From Minisyncoccota bacterium (lineage in GTDB: Bacteria; Patescibacteriota; Minisyncoccia; Phycocordibacterales; SBAW01): a stretch of DNA of 64,000 nt. The notes beneath the pieces are model-generated. The model had not been told where the DNA came from and searched no databases. It saw only the letters and a program-made list of their open reading frames with translations. Where the stretch lies: contig DASZWM010000007.1 in assembly GCA_035546615.1 (NCBI GenBank), forward strand, positions 1 to 64,000. The letters run 5' to 3'. Positions 9,001-15,610 of the stretch are shown piece by piece (within the stretch, counting starts at the first letter, position 1; every line of letters starts with the position of its first letter). Both the position numbers and the translations under genes were made by a program.

Positions 9001-10629
9001 CGATGTTACCGAGCCGCCGCCCGAGCCGCCCAGGCCCAGAGTCGAGGTTGAGGTTACAGCCCACTTCACGCCGTCCCACACCAGCACGTCGCCGAACGCG
9101 CCGCCGCCGATGTGCGGCACCGTTGAGGAAGCGGAGATGTACGCGCCGACAGCATAGTTGCTGGAAGTGGTGGAGAAGAAGTCGCGAGCCGTCTTCCAGT
9201 AGTCGGCGGAGGTGGTGGAAAATCCGCTAAGGCTCTGAAGCGAGAGGAAGTATGCCGCTGAGGTTGTAGAAAATGCCTGGCCCTGATTTTGGCTGAGGAA
9301 GTACGCGGCGGAGCTGGTCGAGAAGAAGTAGCCCTTGCCGATGGAGTCGAGATACGCCTGCGCGTTCTGCGGCGTGAAGTACAGGTTGGTGGCGCCTTCG
9401 TCGAGGCCGTCGGTCGTGGTCGCGTACCACGCGGAGAGCGACAGCTTCGAGTCAAGCGCGTTCTGGAGATCGGTTTGGTTGGAAAGCGTGCCGACGATAT
9501 TGCCCCACGACGGATTGCCGCCCGCGGCGATGCCGAGCGTCGAGGTGGAAACCAGGTCGTAGCCGCCCATGGAATTGCCGAGAAGGAGCTGGCCGTAGGT
9601 CGGGGCAGTGGAAGTGCCGGTGCCGCCGTTTATCGCATTGAGCACGCCGGAGAGCGTGAACGTGCCGGTCGACGTGATAGGCCCGCCGAGGAAGGAGAGG
9701 CCGGTCGTGCCGCCGCTTGCGTCAACCGACGTTACCGAGCCGTTCCCGCCGCCCGAATTGCCGCCGCCGTTGTGGCTGTGCGAAGGGTTCGGCGAAAGCG
9801 CCGCGGCCTCTATTTTCGGGAGAAGGAAATTCTGCAGCGCGAGCAGGCGGAGGTTGAGTATGTCTTCGGTGACGCCGGAACCCTGCACCAGACGCTCGGT
9901 AACCGGATAGGTGTTGTAGACCGGGTACGAGTTCTGGACGATCGTCGTGGTCGCGGTGCCTGCGGCGACCGGAGCAGACGGGCCGTACGCCGGCGAGGTC
10001 TGCGTGCCCGCCGCATACTGCGCGGGAACGCGCGGGCCGAAGAGGAACGAAAATACCTGCGAGAAGACATCGGACGCGACAGACGGCGATGACTTCGCCG
10101 GAAGGGAGAATCCGAACTGGAGCGGATGCGCCCCGAAGAACGGCGACTCCACCTGCGCGAGCGACGCCGCAAGCGTGGTCTGGTTCTGCATCGCGACCTC
10201 GCGCTGGTGCATCGCGCCGGCGTACGCTACGGCGCCGAAGAGCAGCATGCCCCCCAGCGCCATCACCGCGTTGCGCGCCAGAAGCGAAGAGAAGCGCGAG
10301 GCGACGCCGTTCGCGGAAGGAACGGCGTCGGCCTCAACCGCCTTCTTCGCAGGCAGGCCGTTTGCCTTGCGGTACGTCTCGTTCTCAAGCTTGCGCTCCT
10401 TCGCTAACGCAGACGCGCGCTCAAGCTTTGCCTGAGCGCGCGCCGCCTCGAATTCTCCAAGGGACTTCTCCTCGACGAACCATGCGCCGTTTATCTGCGA
10501 GCCGCGCAGCTTGCCGTCGCGCAAAAGGCGGCCGACATAGTCCTGAGCGCAGTTCATCCGCTTGGCGGCAGAACGGGCCGAGAGCATCGGTTCGCCTGAA
10601 TTTGAGATGATTTGTTTAGCGGGTGACAT
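1..10629 (-). CDS. Giant repetitive cell-surface protein, 3' partial (at least 3543 aa in window; stop lies beyond window start). N-terminal HTH_17-like domain, coiled segment, single TM helix, then Gly/Ser/Thr-rich repeats, FSTTSA-type 16-aa tandem repeats and a 7-blade LVIVD beta-propeller. Alternative start ATG 10587.
   Basis: Revcomp of 1-60 gives ...GIGTNVPAEALQAARTSGITAISTIN, revcomp of 4981-5040 gives ...SFGGLAGFGTTSPSQKLTVAGG, and the ATG at 10629 is in frame with the codon ending at nt 1 (10629 = 3 x 3543). No listed ORF on either strand in 1-10600 carries the FSTTSA repeats, so the true frame is uninterrupted and lacks an in-window stop. All listed ORFs here are Ser/Thr/Pro/Arg-rich alternative-frame artefacts. 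Confidence 0.8.
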   Translation of the reverse strand, partial: MSPAKQIISNSGEPMLSARSAAKRMNCAQDYVGRLLRDGKLRGSQINGAWFVEEKSLGEFEAARAQAKLERASALAKERKLENETYRKANGLPAKKAVEADAVPSANGVASRFSSLLARNAVMALGGMLLFGAVAYAGAMHQREVAMQNQTTLAASLAQVESPFFGAHPLQFGFSLPAKSSPSVASDVFSQVFSFLFGPRVPAQYAAGTQTSPAYGPSAPVAAGTATTTIVQNSYPVYNTYPVTERLVQGSGVTEDILNLRLLALQNFLLPKIEAAALSPNPSHSHNGGGNSGGGNGSVTSVDASGGTTGLSFLGGPITSTGTFTLSGVLNAINGGTGTSTAPTYGQLLLGNSMGGYDLVSTSTLGIAAGGNPSWGNIVGTLSNQTDLQNALDSKLSLSAWYATTTDGLDEGATNLYFTPQNAQAYLDSIGKGYFFSTSSAAYFLSQNQGQAFSTTSAAYFLSLQSLSGFSTTSADYWKTARDFFSTTSSNYAVGAYISASSTVPHIGGGAFGDVLVWDGVKWAVTSTSTLGLGGSGGGSVTSVAANGGTTGLSFTGGPITSSGTLVLGGTLGVANGGTGTTTAPAYGQVLVGNATGGYDLVSTSSLGIMFGGTSTGFSTTSAEYWKSVSNFFSTTSTDYWKTQNNFFSTTSVAYFLAQNQGNAFSTTSAAYFLSQNQGNAFSTTSAEYWKSVSNFFSTTSASYFAAANGLLSTSSLSALAPLSYDGNTGVFSIAQANGSTNGYLSSSDWTLFNGKLGTTSISGSYPVQYNQTTGQFSLAFGTTTANAWSQLQQFNAASTSKLSVYQSASFGATATSTFSSTGALTLGGGLTLGSITGTTQCLRVNAAGVVSGTGSDCGTGGGGGSTTFLGLTDAPDTYVAGQIFFTNQAEDAVVGDNTFTFDGTTLNAPGAVFTTLTVLGSSNVGTVSTGVWHGSIVADAYVADNLTISNGTINSTPIGATTPSTAKFTNATSSSFFATSTRVLTSSTTLATIDSLYVSNLTGPLQAINGLVSATTSIGVVYGGTGLTLAPAYGQVLLGNSAGGYDLAPTSSLGFLTPASLSALAPLAYNSSTGIFTISQSGGSTDGYLSSTDWNSFNSRLSTSTLGLFDKGYFFSTTSAAYFLSQNQGNAFSTTSALYFLANNQNLAFSTTSADYWKTQNNFFSTTSAMWFVTSSTTIPKTYTANTFTNSNTFNGGVTISNLTGPLQAINGVVSATSSVGVLYGGTGLTAAPSYGNILVGNGTGGYALSATNTLGLLGSTSLSAGTGISYVPATGVISNTGVLSLSQTGGGTAQTGALTLSTSTLTQNGQTLGIRITNTGGAFTFAPTLSGTLDNAGLTNSTISGKQLGTSLSALSHNATLAGSSYDGSAGISDWGLNLSNSNTWAALQQFGAGLTAYSSSTISALTVTFGTTTNATSTSLYSAILGLNSEYFTDLTGSGLLNVGGALTLDRAGDWTGTLDGQEGSYYLANSFSTTSADYWKTQNNFFSTTSASYFLSVNQGQAFSTTSALYFLSQQTLVGFSTSSADYWKTQNNFFSTTSAIHFVDASSTIPKTYSSNTFTNSNTFNGGVTISNITGPLQAINGAVSATSTLSVIYGGTGLSTPPSYGNLLVGNSNGTYTLTSTSSLGLVTTGSLNATAPLFYNPSSGTFSIQDAKADGSTKGAASFASSDFNDNGAGLISIDYAGAQKANASQPGFLTNTDWSVFNNKISSTSLSGQSVISYTSSTGVITTQAGTFGGNSSSVYTFPGDVITSGTSTTTNLYINGRITGANLSSCSGSVDKLLWNSATGQFQCGTDAGASGSDVNWTHFNGSGIRLTTATDQVLIGFTSTSTLSKLEVVGGATIDNATTTGFYNSGIASFGGLAGFGTTSPSQKLTVAGGNILQVASGTPTLATSTLVGGTSYGINTSGHYSYVAAGNVRILDITQPGNPKLVGSYTGTTQAQSIVVSGKYAYVGDASAGLVIIDVSNPAVPTLVSTLSGAGHPISLALSGRYLYAPNLDTGMVNIVDIANPAAPVIVGQYSSPGTPIGSGSSVAVQGKYLYVGSIYNGSVTSVDISNPASPTAVYSYTGLSVPATLYASGRYLYVADASGGLYVLDISNPASISLAGSKTGTGYYTVEAAGDYAYVTDTSGNLVVLDVHNLASITSVGTFATGGNPRGLSLSGKYAYVTSNSSTVKVVDINGAKLPAANIGSLEVGVANIADNLNVGGDIYAQGGINVGISGIFSRGGLAVLGTTTLTDFVGRYSTTTTATTTGLAILGVRSALLTTNAQGSVVATSSLGVMYGGTGLSAAPSYGNILVGNSTGGYSLTATNTLGLLGSTSISATGPLSYNVSTGVFSISQSGGSTDGYLSSTDWNTFNSRLSTSTLALFDKGYFFSTTSANYWASTGGAFSTTSQDYYANAFRDWKIVGSGATAFLTPSSTVQSIGVFGSSTIGNGAAGGGLTVNGTATTTNLRVTSLTAGRVPFIGAGSQITDDSDFAFDSTNNTLTLNSVGANPTIYNQTSGNGVILKGDNVVGGGGQLRVVYNSGGWTGGGATATSTTYFQITNASNNNATFMGGTYGADTQLNRLQFNASSTQITDLNWTNTTVPISLFGLINSSAAKKVFTVQGASAQTADLAQFLNNAGTVLTRIDASGNFTTQQATTTNLAITSLLNTLLSTNANGSVISTTVSSPLSFSGNTLSIQQANGAQNGYLSSTDWTTFNNKISSTSLSATGPLSYNPSTGVFTISQSGASTDGYLSSSDWNSFNSRLSTTTLGLFDKGYFFSTTSALYFLAQNQGQAFSTTSAAYFLSVNQGNAFSTTSQNYYANTFRDWKIVAGALTPTTTLGIQVNASSTIGNGTLGLTVNGPATTTGRAYFSGNVGIGTSNPLAALQVSGGYGYFTSGITLNRDAHVTTNVDGSSDAGIYTPGGLNDLYLAVGSSNNVIAPAGNFGIGTTSPYSKLSVVGQVVAANYIATTSAQNVLPNLLSTNATTTSFGINNETFTDLTGSGLSNVGGVLTLDRTGDWTGTFDGQEGSYYLANSFSTTSAVYFLSQNQGNAFSTTSATYFLSLFDKGYFFSTTSADYWKTQNNFFSTTSASYFSSQGLAFSTTSENYYANAFRDWKIVNGALVPTTTLGIIVNASSTIGNGTLGLTVNGSATTTGNAYIAGNVGIGTQSPSARLDIQASYTTTGFPLSVKNPGYYNAYFQGTSASNQASFYLENDRGSFASYGGFLYGGSSSSLGSLFGAPRADRLFMFADGASNLGYYVGTLTAQPFVIGTNNIERARVDGNGNLGIGTTSPFARLSVGGNTYLGGSLTATGTVQLSNYANGALGVTSNGTLYTFSTSTWTFASSTLLADNNTFSGTNRFNGNTTLTNATSSSIYTSILGLNSEYFSDLTGSGLTNVGGALTLDRTGDWTGTLDGNEGSFYLANSFSTTSANYWQSQNNFFSTTSANYWASQGLAFSTTSENYYANAFRDWKIVAGALTPTTTIGIQVNASSTIGNGTQAGGLTIYGGATTTGNAYIAGNVGIGTNVPAEALQAARTSGITAISTIN

Positions 10630-10966
10630 GTTGCCGAAAAAACTTTTGTTTGTGCGGAGAGTTCGGGTATTTCGTGTTTCAACAGAAGAGGTAGCGACCC
10701 GCCGATGTGCCGCTACCCTGTTACTAATTATTTTACGCGAGTGTCGCGCTTTTTCCGTCTATAATATGCGAAGAAAAATGTGGATATCTTATTGCACTGC
10801 AACGGAATTTTGAAAATTTATTTTCAAAAAATAATCAGCTTAAAATGAGTTTGCTGTTTAAAATTCCATGAAAAAATATTCGGCTTACATACCCTTTTCT
10901 CGTCTTAAAAATTGTATAGGAGAGATATGTTGTAATCAAAAGCTACATCGGCTCTCCCATACGATA

Positions 10967-10997
10967 TCTCGGATAACTTCTCGGCTAATCTCGGATA
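10967..10997 (-). promoter_or_regulatory. Three direct repeats TCTCGG(A/C)TA spaced 12 and 10 bp (one helical turn), in the AT-rich region upstream of the giant gene; candidate transcription-factor binding sites
   Basis: tctcggata (10967), tctcggcta (10979), tctcggata (10989), read directly from sequence; sits in the 500-bp low-GC intergenic region 10630-11138. Confidence 0.3.
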
Positions 10998-11065
10998 GCT
11001 TCATAATGCTATTTTACCTCCTAAGTATGCCGGAGGGGCAAAAAACCAAGTTCTAGTATTAAAAA

Positions 11066-11099
11066 CGGCGTCTTTTGACAAGTTGTCAAACTGACGCCG
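11066..11099 (-). terminator. Rho-independent terminator of the 11139-11978 gene. Imperfect 16/17-bp stem cggcgtcttttgacaa / ttgtcaaactgacgccg with a TTGACAA-G-TTGTCAA core, followed on the minus strand by TTTTT
   Basis: Inverted repeat read from sequence; T-run is the revcomp of aaaaa at 11061-11065; located 40 nt after the stop at 11139. Confidence 0.55.
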
Positions 11100-11138
11100 A
11101 ATACTAAATAAAATATGAATTCGAAAATCTGACGCGAT

Positions 11139-11978
11139 CTAATGCAAAGAGTAGCCGACGCTTGCGGTCTTCCCCGCTTCTATGACCGTCGTTGAATTGA
11201 CGAGCAGTGAGCTCAGCGCGACGACCGCGAACACGACGGCGCCGAGCGTCATGATGCTGAATGCCGGCATGAGCATGCCGACGGAATATTTTTTTGACGG
11301 CGCGTATTCCGTTATTGTCACTTCCTCGTCCGCGTCCTCTTCTGCCGCTTTCGGCATGACCGACGCTTTCGCTTTTTTGCTTGCGGGCTTCTGTATTTCC
11401 GGCAGCGAAGGCGCCGCGTCTTCTATATAGCGCAGGCCCGTCTTTTTCTTTGTCTCCGCAAGGCGTATCGGGATATGTATAGATTCGCGCGCCGCTTCGG
11501 GCTCTATCTCCACAAAAACTTTTTCTTCCGCCTCTTCAACTTTTATTTCTTCAGGCGCGAAGTCTGCTATCAGCTCTTCCACTTGGATCGGGCGGCGGAA
11601 ACTTTGTATCGGTTCCGGAATGACGGGAGCAGTCGCCTCAGCTTCGGTCTCCTCTTCTTCAGCTGTCTCTTCTTCTTTTTCCGCAGCCGGCTCCGGCTTC
11701 TCTTCCTCGGTCTCAGCGGGTTCCGGAACTTCTTCAGCCGCTTCGGCACGCACGACGGGCGCTACCGAAAGTATCTTCTTCGGCTCCTCCGCCGGCTTCG
11801 GGTTCTTGAGGTAGTCAGCCAGAAACTCGGCATCCACATACCAGGAGCGGCCCACTTTCTGGCCCACTATCTTTTTGGCGCGTATGAGCTGGCCGATATA
11901 GTCGGCATGGTATTTATACTGCTTTGCGGCAAGCCGAGTCGAGATATACCGCTTGCCCGAGATTTCCAGTTCGTCCAT
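11139..11978 (-). CDS. Membrane-tethered HTH_17 (excisionase/MerR-like) domain protein, 279 aa. N-terminal HTH, about 170-aa Glu-rich acidic linker, C-terminal TM helix
   Basis: N-term ISTRLAAKQYKYHADYIGQLIRAKKIVGQKVGRSWYVDAEFL fits the HTH_17 pattern (AAxxLxVSxxTVYRLIxxGxLPAxRIGRxWRI). C-term MLMPAFSIMTLGAVVFAVVALSSLLV is hydrophobic. N-term is paralogous to the giant gene N-term LSARSAAKRMNCAQDYVGRLLRDGKLRGSQINGAWFVEEKSL. Confidence 0.7.
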   Translation of the reverse strand: MDELEISGKRYISTRLAAKQYKYHADYIGQLIRAKKIVGQKVGRSWYVDAEFLADYLKNPKPAEEPKKILSVAPVVRAEAAEEVPEPAETEEEKPEPAAEKEEETAEEEETEAEATAPVIPEPIQSFRRPIQVEELIADFAPEEIKVEEAEEKVFVEIEPEAARESIHIPIRLAETKKKTGLRYIEDAAPSLPEIQKPASKKAKASVMPKAAEEDADEEVTITEYAPSKKYSVGMLMPAFSIMTLGAVVFAVVALSSLLVNSTTVIEAGKTASVGYSLH

Positions 11979-12032
11979 GCACTTAGAATATACCTCTGGC
12001 CGAGGTACGCAAGCAAGGGGCGGAAAATGAGC

Positions 12033-13442
12033 CTAGCCGAGAATCTTTATGAAAACCTCGCGAAGGACGCCGGGATTGCCTGCGCCCTTTGTTTCCTTCA
12101 TTCCCTGCCCTATCAGGAATTGGAGCGATGCGGTCTTCCCCGCTTTGTAGTCGGCCGCAACCTGTGGATAAGCGTCGATGATCTTCTGAGCGACGGCCTC
12201 AAGCGCGCCGGCATCAGACTGCTGAATATATTTCTTTGAAACCTCCGCAAGATCGCCGCCGTTCGCGAACACGTCCGCAATAGCGTCTTTGGCGCCGCGC
12301 GAAGATATGTCATTTTTTGAAAGCATGGCCATGAGCGCGCTCAGGCCTTCCGGCGTTATGTGCGCGAGCCCTGCCTCCCCCGCTTTCGCCGCGAGCCCGA
12401 CAATGTCGGAGCCGATATAATTCGCCAGCAGTTTTTTAGCTTCCGGCGCAAGCGCGGACGCTTTTTCAAAAAGGTTTCCCAGCCGCTCGTCGGCGACGAA
12501 CATTTCCGCATATTCCGGATTGATGCCTTCAGCAACGTACCTTTCACGCTTGGCCCACGGCAGCTCCGGCAGCTCTCTTTTCAGCGTCTCAAGCGAGTAT
12601 TCGGGGAGTTCCGAGAGCTTGAGCTTCGGCAGGTCCGGGTCCGGGAAGTAACGGTAGTCGTGGGAGGACTCCTTCTTGCGCTGGGAAAATGTTTCCTGCT
12701 TCGCCTCGTCCCAGCCGCGGGTTTCCTGCACCACCTTCTCTCCCCTTTCGAGGAGCTGGGCTTGGCGCTTGGCCTCAAAAGCGATGGCTCGCTCGACCGA
12801 GCGGAACGAGTTGAGGTTCTTTACCTCTACCTTCGTGCCGAGATTCTCGTCAGAACTTATGGAAATGTTGGCTTCAACACGCATCTCCCCCTTCTCCATA
12901 TTCGCCTCCCCTGCCCCGAGCGTGCGAAGAAGGAGCTGCAATTCCCGGGCAAAGCGGCCGGCCGTCTCGGCATCATGGATGACCGGCTCGGTAACGAGCT
13001 CCATAAGGGGCACCCCGGCGCGGTTATAGTCCACTAGGCTTTTCTCGCCTTCGTGCTGGGAGCGGGCGGTGTCTTCCTCAAGGTGTATGCGGGTAAGCTC
13101 CACCCCGGCGAGATTCCCCCCCGAGACGAGCGGATACTGGTATTGGCTTATCTGGTAGCCCTTGGGAATGTCGGGGTAGAAGTAATTCTTGCGGTCGAAC
13201 TCGGTAAAGTCGGCGAGATTGCCGCCAACAGCGGTGCCCATAAGCAGTACCTTATGCACGGCGTCCTTGTTTATGACCGGCAAAGTTCCCGGATGCGCCA
13301 TGCACACCGGGCAGATATTGAGGTTGGGCGTCTTCTCGTCAGGATCGTTGAGGCACGCGCAGAACATCTTGGTCTGGGTCTTGAGCTCTGCGTGCACCTC
13401 GAGCCCTACGGTCAGTCGATACTCGGCCATATATAGAGGCAA
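12033..13442 (-). CDS. gatB: Aspartyl/glutamyl-tRNA(Asn/Gln) amidotransferase subunit B (likely true start MAEYRLT at 13430)
   Basis: MAEYRLTVGLEVHAELKTQTKMFCAC...FDRKNYFYPDIPKGYQISQYQYP, canonical GatB N-terminal and core motifs. Confidence 0.9.
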   Translation of the reverse strand: MPLYMAEYRLTVGLEVHAELKTQTKMFCACLNDPDEKTPNLNICPVCMAHPGTLPVINKDAVHKVLLMGTAVGGNLADFTEFDRKNYFYPDIPKGYQISQYQYPLVSGGNLAGVELTRIHLEEDTARSQHEGEKSLVDYNRAGVPLMELVTEPVIHDAETAGRFARELQLLLRTLGAGEANMEKGEMRVEANISISSDENLGTKVEVKNLNSFRSVERAIAFEAKRQAQLLERGEKVVQETRGWDEAKQETFSQRKKESSHDYRYFPDPDLPKLKLSELPEYSLETLKRELPELPWAKRERYVAEGINPEYAEMFVADERLGNLFEKASALAPEAKKLLANYIGSDIVGLAAKAGEAGLAHITPEGLSALMAMLSKNDISSRGAKDAIADVFANGGDLAEVSKKYIQQSDAGALEAVAQKIIDAYPQVAADYKAGKTASLQFLIGQGMKETKGAGNPGVLREVFIKILG

Positions 13443-13501
13443 ATATAGCAGAAGCGGCCTCTTTATAGAAGCTACCTATTCTGGACTTCGTAAGTCCAGA
13501 A

Positions 13502-15601
13502 TTACTGCCCCAGCAGATAGAGCTGCCTGACCTCCGCAGCCGGGAGCGCGCGGTTGTAGACGCGCACATCGTCGAGCTTGCCGTTGAAGGTATACATAGC
13601 CCCGCTTCCGTTTCCCATGCTGCCGATATATGTATTAAAAGAAGCGGGCGTACCGGGATCGGTGGTCTGCGCGGAGGAAGCATCGAGGGAGCCGTTGATG
13701 TATATTTTCTTTGTCGCCCCGTCGTAGGTAAAGACGACATGCGTCCATGTAGAAGTCGCTATCGTAGCGGCGGATACGATCTGGCTCAGCGAACTGTTCC
13801 AAATGCCTCCCGAGACCTTTCCTGCTTGTATGTACATATCTATGCCTTTGTACGTGCCGCAGCAGTCCCGGGCGTTGCTGTACACGTAGTTGTATAGATA
13901 GGTCTGAGGAGTATTGTCGTATATCCATGCGGAAATAGTAAATCGGCTCGGGGTCAGCGAATTGCTGCTGCCCACATTTATTCCGCCGGTATTCATCCCG
14001 CTAAAACTGAACCCCTGTCCCATCCTGCCTATCGTCTTGCGGCTCGAAGTGGCGTTGTTGGTACCGACTAAGTATCCATTAAAACCACTCCCCGAACGGT
14101 CGTACACCTTGTCGGTTACGTCCGGCCCGTCGAAGGTCCAGAGGCCGACCAGCCCGCTTGAGAGGCTGCTGTCGGAAGACAAGTCGGGTGAAGGCGTATT
14201 TATCTGTGCGGTACCCTGCCTATATAAGGCCGCTATTTCCGCCGCCGAGAGCGCGCGGTCGTAGATGCGCACATCGTCCATGAGGCCGCCGAAGAACGAG
14301 GCGGAAGGATTGATATTGGCGTCCTTGCCGATAAAGAGGACGCTCGGTGCTGTGAGCGACTGGGTCCCCCCGGTACCCGTGTTGTCAAGAACCCCGTTCA
14401 CGTACACTGTCATGGCGCCGGTCGATTTGACGCGGGTCGCGGTTACGAGCACCCAATTGCCTGTGTTAACATCGGCATTCGAGAATACGGTCGTATCAGA
14501 GTTACCGACGCCGAAAGCAAGTTTGCCGTTATAAACCGTCATGCCGAAGTCGTTCGTTACGCCCCCGACTTCGCCGTCTACTATCCCCTGCCCGCAGTAC
14601 CATTGCCCTGCGCAGCCCGCGGTATTCTGCGTCGTCTTTATCCATGCGGAGAGCGTGAAGTCGTCCGATACGGTGCGATTGACGGGTATATAGCTGGTGC
14701 TCCCGTCGAACAAGAGCGCCTTGCCGTGCTTTCCGCTTGCCCAGGCCGGAAGCGTCGAGCCGGAGAGCGTCCCGTCGTTGCTATTGCCGCTTGAGTCCCC
14801 CGCAATAGTACCCGTACCCTCGTTGAAGTCCCACGAGCCGACGAGGCCGACGTTGTTAGGCGCGCGCACCTGCGCCGCCCCGCCCCTGTACAGAGCGACG
14901 ATTTCCGCATCCGACAACGCGCGATTGTAGAAACGGAAATCATCAATCGTCCCGACGGTAGGCTCGCCGCCCGAATACTTTCCCAATATCCAGGAAGACT
15001 TCGCAATGCTGGTGGTGTCTGTCTGGGCGCTTCCCAGTGACGCGCCATTCACAAAAACGGACACATTCGAGCCGCTTCTCTTTGCAACAATGTTGTACCA
15101 AACGCCTGCCGCGGGGGTAAACGGCCAGCTGAGCGTATGAGGCCCGGAAGGCGTTCCCCGTATGTATAGCATCACCACATGCGCCGTATTATCGAACTCG
15201 ATCAATACTCCGGCGGTTCCCGCATATCCGCCGTCAAATGTCGTCTGGTAGCGCGCGGGGAAGCCGTCGAACCTGATCCAATGAGAAATAGTAAAATCTC
15301 CCGTTCCTATCTGGAATGCGTCGCTGACCGGGATGCTTACGTAATTGTCGCTGTTCGTGAATGAAAGGCCCTTGCTGAACCTGCCCGTAACCCATGTTGG
15401 CAGCGTGGTGCCCGAGAGCGTGCCTATGTGGCCGTTCCCGCTCAAATCGCCCAGCTTAGTTCCCGAGGCGTCGTTGAAGCTCCAGTACGCTATGAGCCCT
15501 AAATTATTCGCGGGTTTGGCAAGCGCGGCGGCCTGCGCGGCGGCGGGCAGAAAAAATGCCGCGAATATGAAACATATCGCGATGCCGGGAAATACCCTCA
15601 T
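13502..15601 (-). CDS. Secreted protein with signal peptide and three tandem LamG-like (concanavalin A-like lectin/glucanase, Laminin_G_3) domains
   Basis: Signal peptide MRVFPGIAICFIFAAFFLPAAAQAAA. Three repeats begin with LxxxWxFxxxxGxxxxDxSGxGxxGTL and end with IDDFRFYNRALSDAEIVALY / MDDVRIYDRALSAAEIAALY / LDDVRVYNRALPAAEVRQLY. Confidence 0.7.
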   Translation of the reverse strand: MRVFPGIAICFIFAAFFLPAAAQAAALAKPANNLGLIAYWSFNDASGTKLGDLSGNGHIGTLSGTTLPTWVTGRFSKGLSFTNSDNYVSIPVSDAFQIGTGDFTISHWIRFDGFPARYQTTFDGGYAGTAGVLIEFDNTAHVVMLYIRGTPSGPHTLSWPFTPAAGVWYNIVAKRSGSNVSVFVNGASLGSAQTDTTSIAKSSWILGKYSGGEPTVGTIDDFRFYNRALSDAEIVALYRGGAAQVRAPNNVGLVGSWDFNEGTGTIAGDSSGNSNDGTLSGSTLPAWASGKHGKALLFDGSTSYIPVNRTVSDDFTLSAWIKTTQNTAGCAGQWYCGQGIVDGEVGGVTNDFGMTVYNGKLAFGVGNSDTTVFSNADVNTGNWVLVTATRVKSTGAMTVYVNGVLDNTGTGGTQSLTAPSVLFIGKDANINPSASFFGGLMDDVRIYDRALSAAEIAALYRQGTAQINTPSPDLSSDSSLSSGLVGLWTFDGPDVTDKVYDRSGSGFNGYLVGTNNATSSRKTIGRMGQGFSFSGMNTGGINVGSSNSLTPSRFTISAWIYDNTPQTYLYNYVYSNARDCCGTYKGIDMYIQAGKVSGGIWNSSLSQIVSAATIATSTWTHVVFTYDGATKKIYINGSLDASSAQTTDPGTPASFNTYIGSMGNGSGAMYTFNGKLDDVRVYNRALPAAEVRQLYLLGQ

Positions 15602-15610
15602 GCCTCTATA

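Noticed and set aside
1-10629. CRISPR array, suggested by the many internal repeats
   Set aside because: Repeats are coding, of variable length, without uniform spacers; no CRISPR-like direct-repeat/spacer periodicity anywhere in the window.
10868-11056. 62-aa plus-strand ORF in the AT-rich intergenic region
   Set aside because: Low-complexity, AT-rich, overlaps the terminator hairpin and direct repeats; more likely regulatory DNA.
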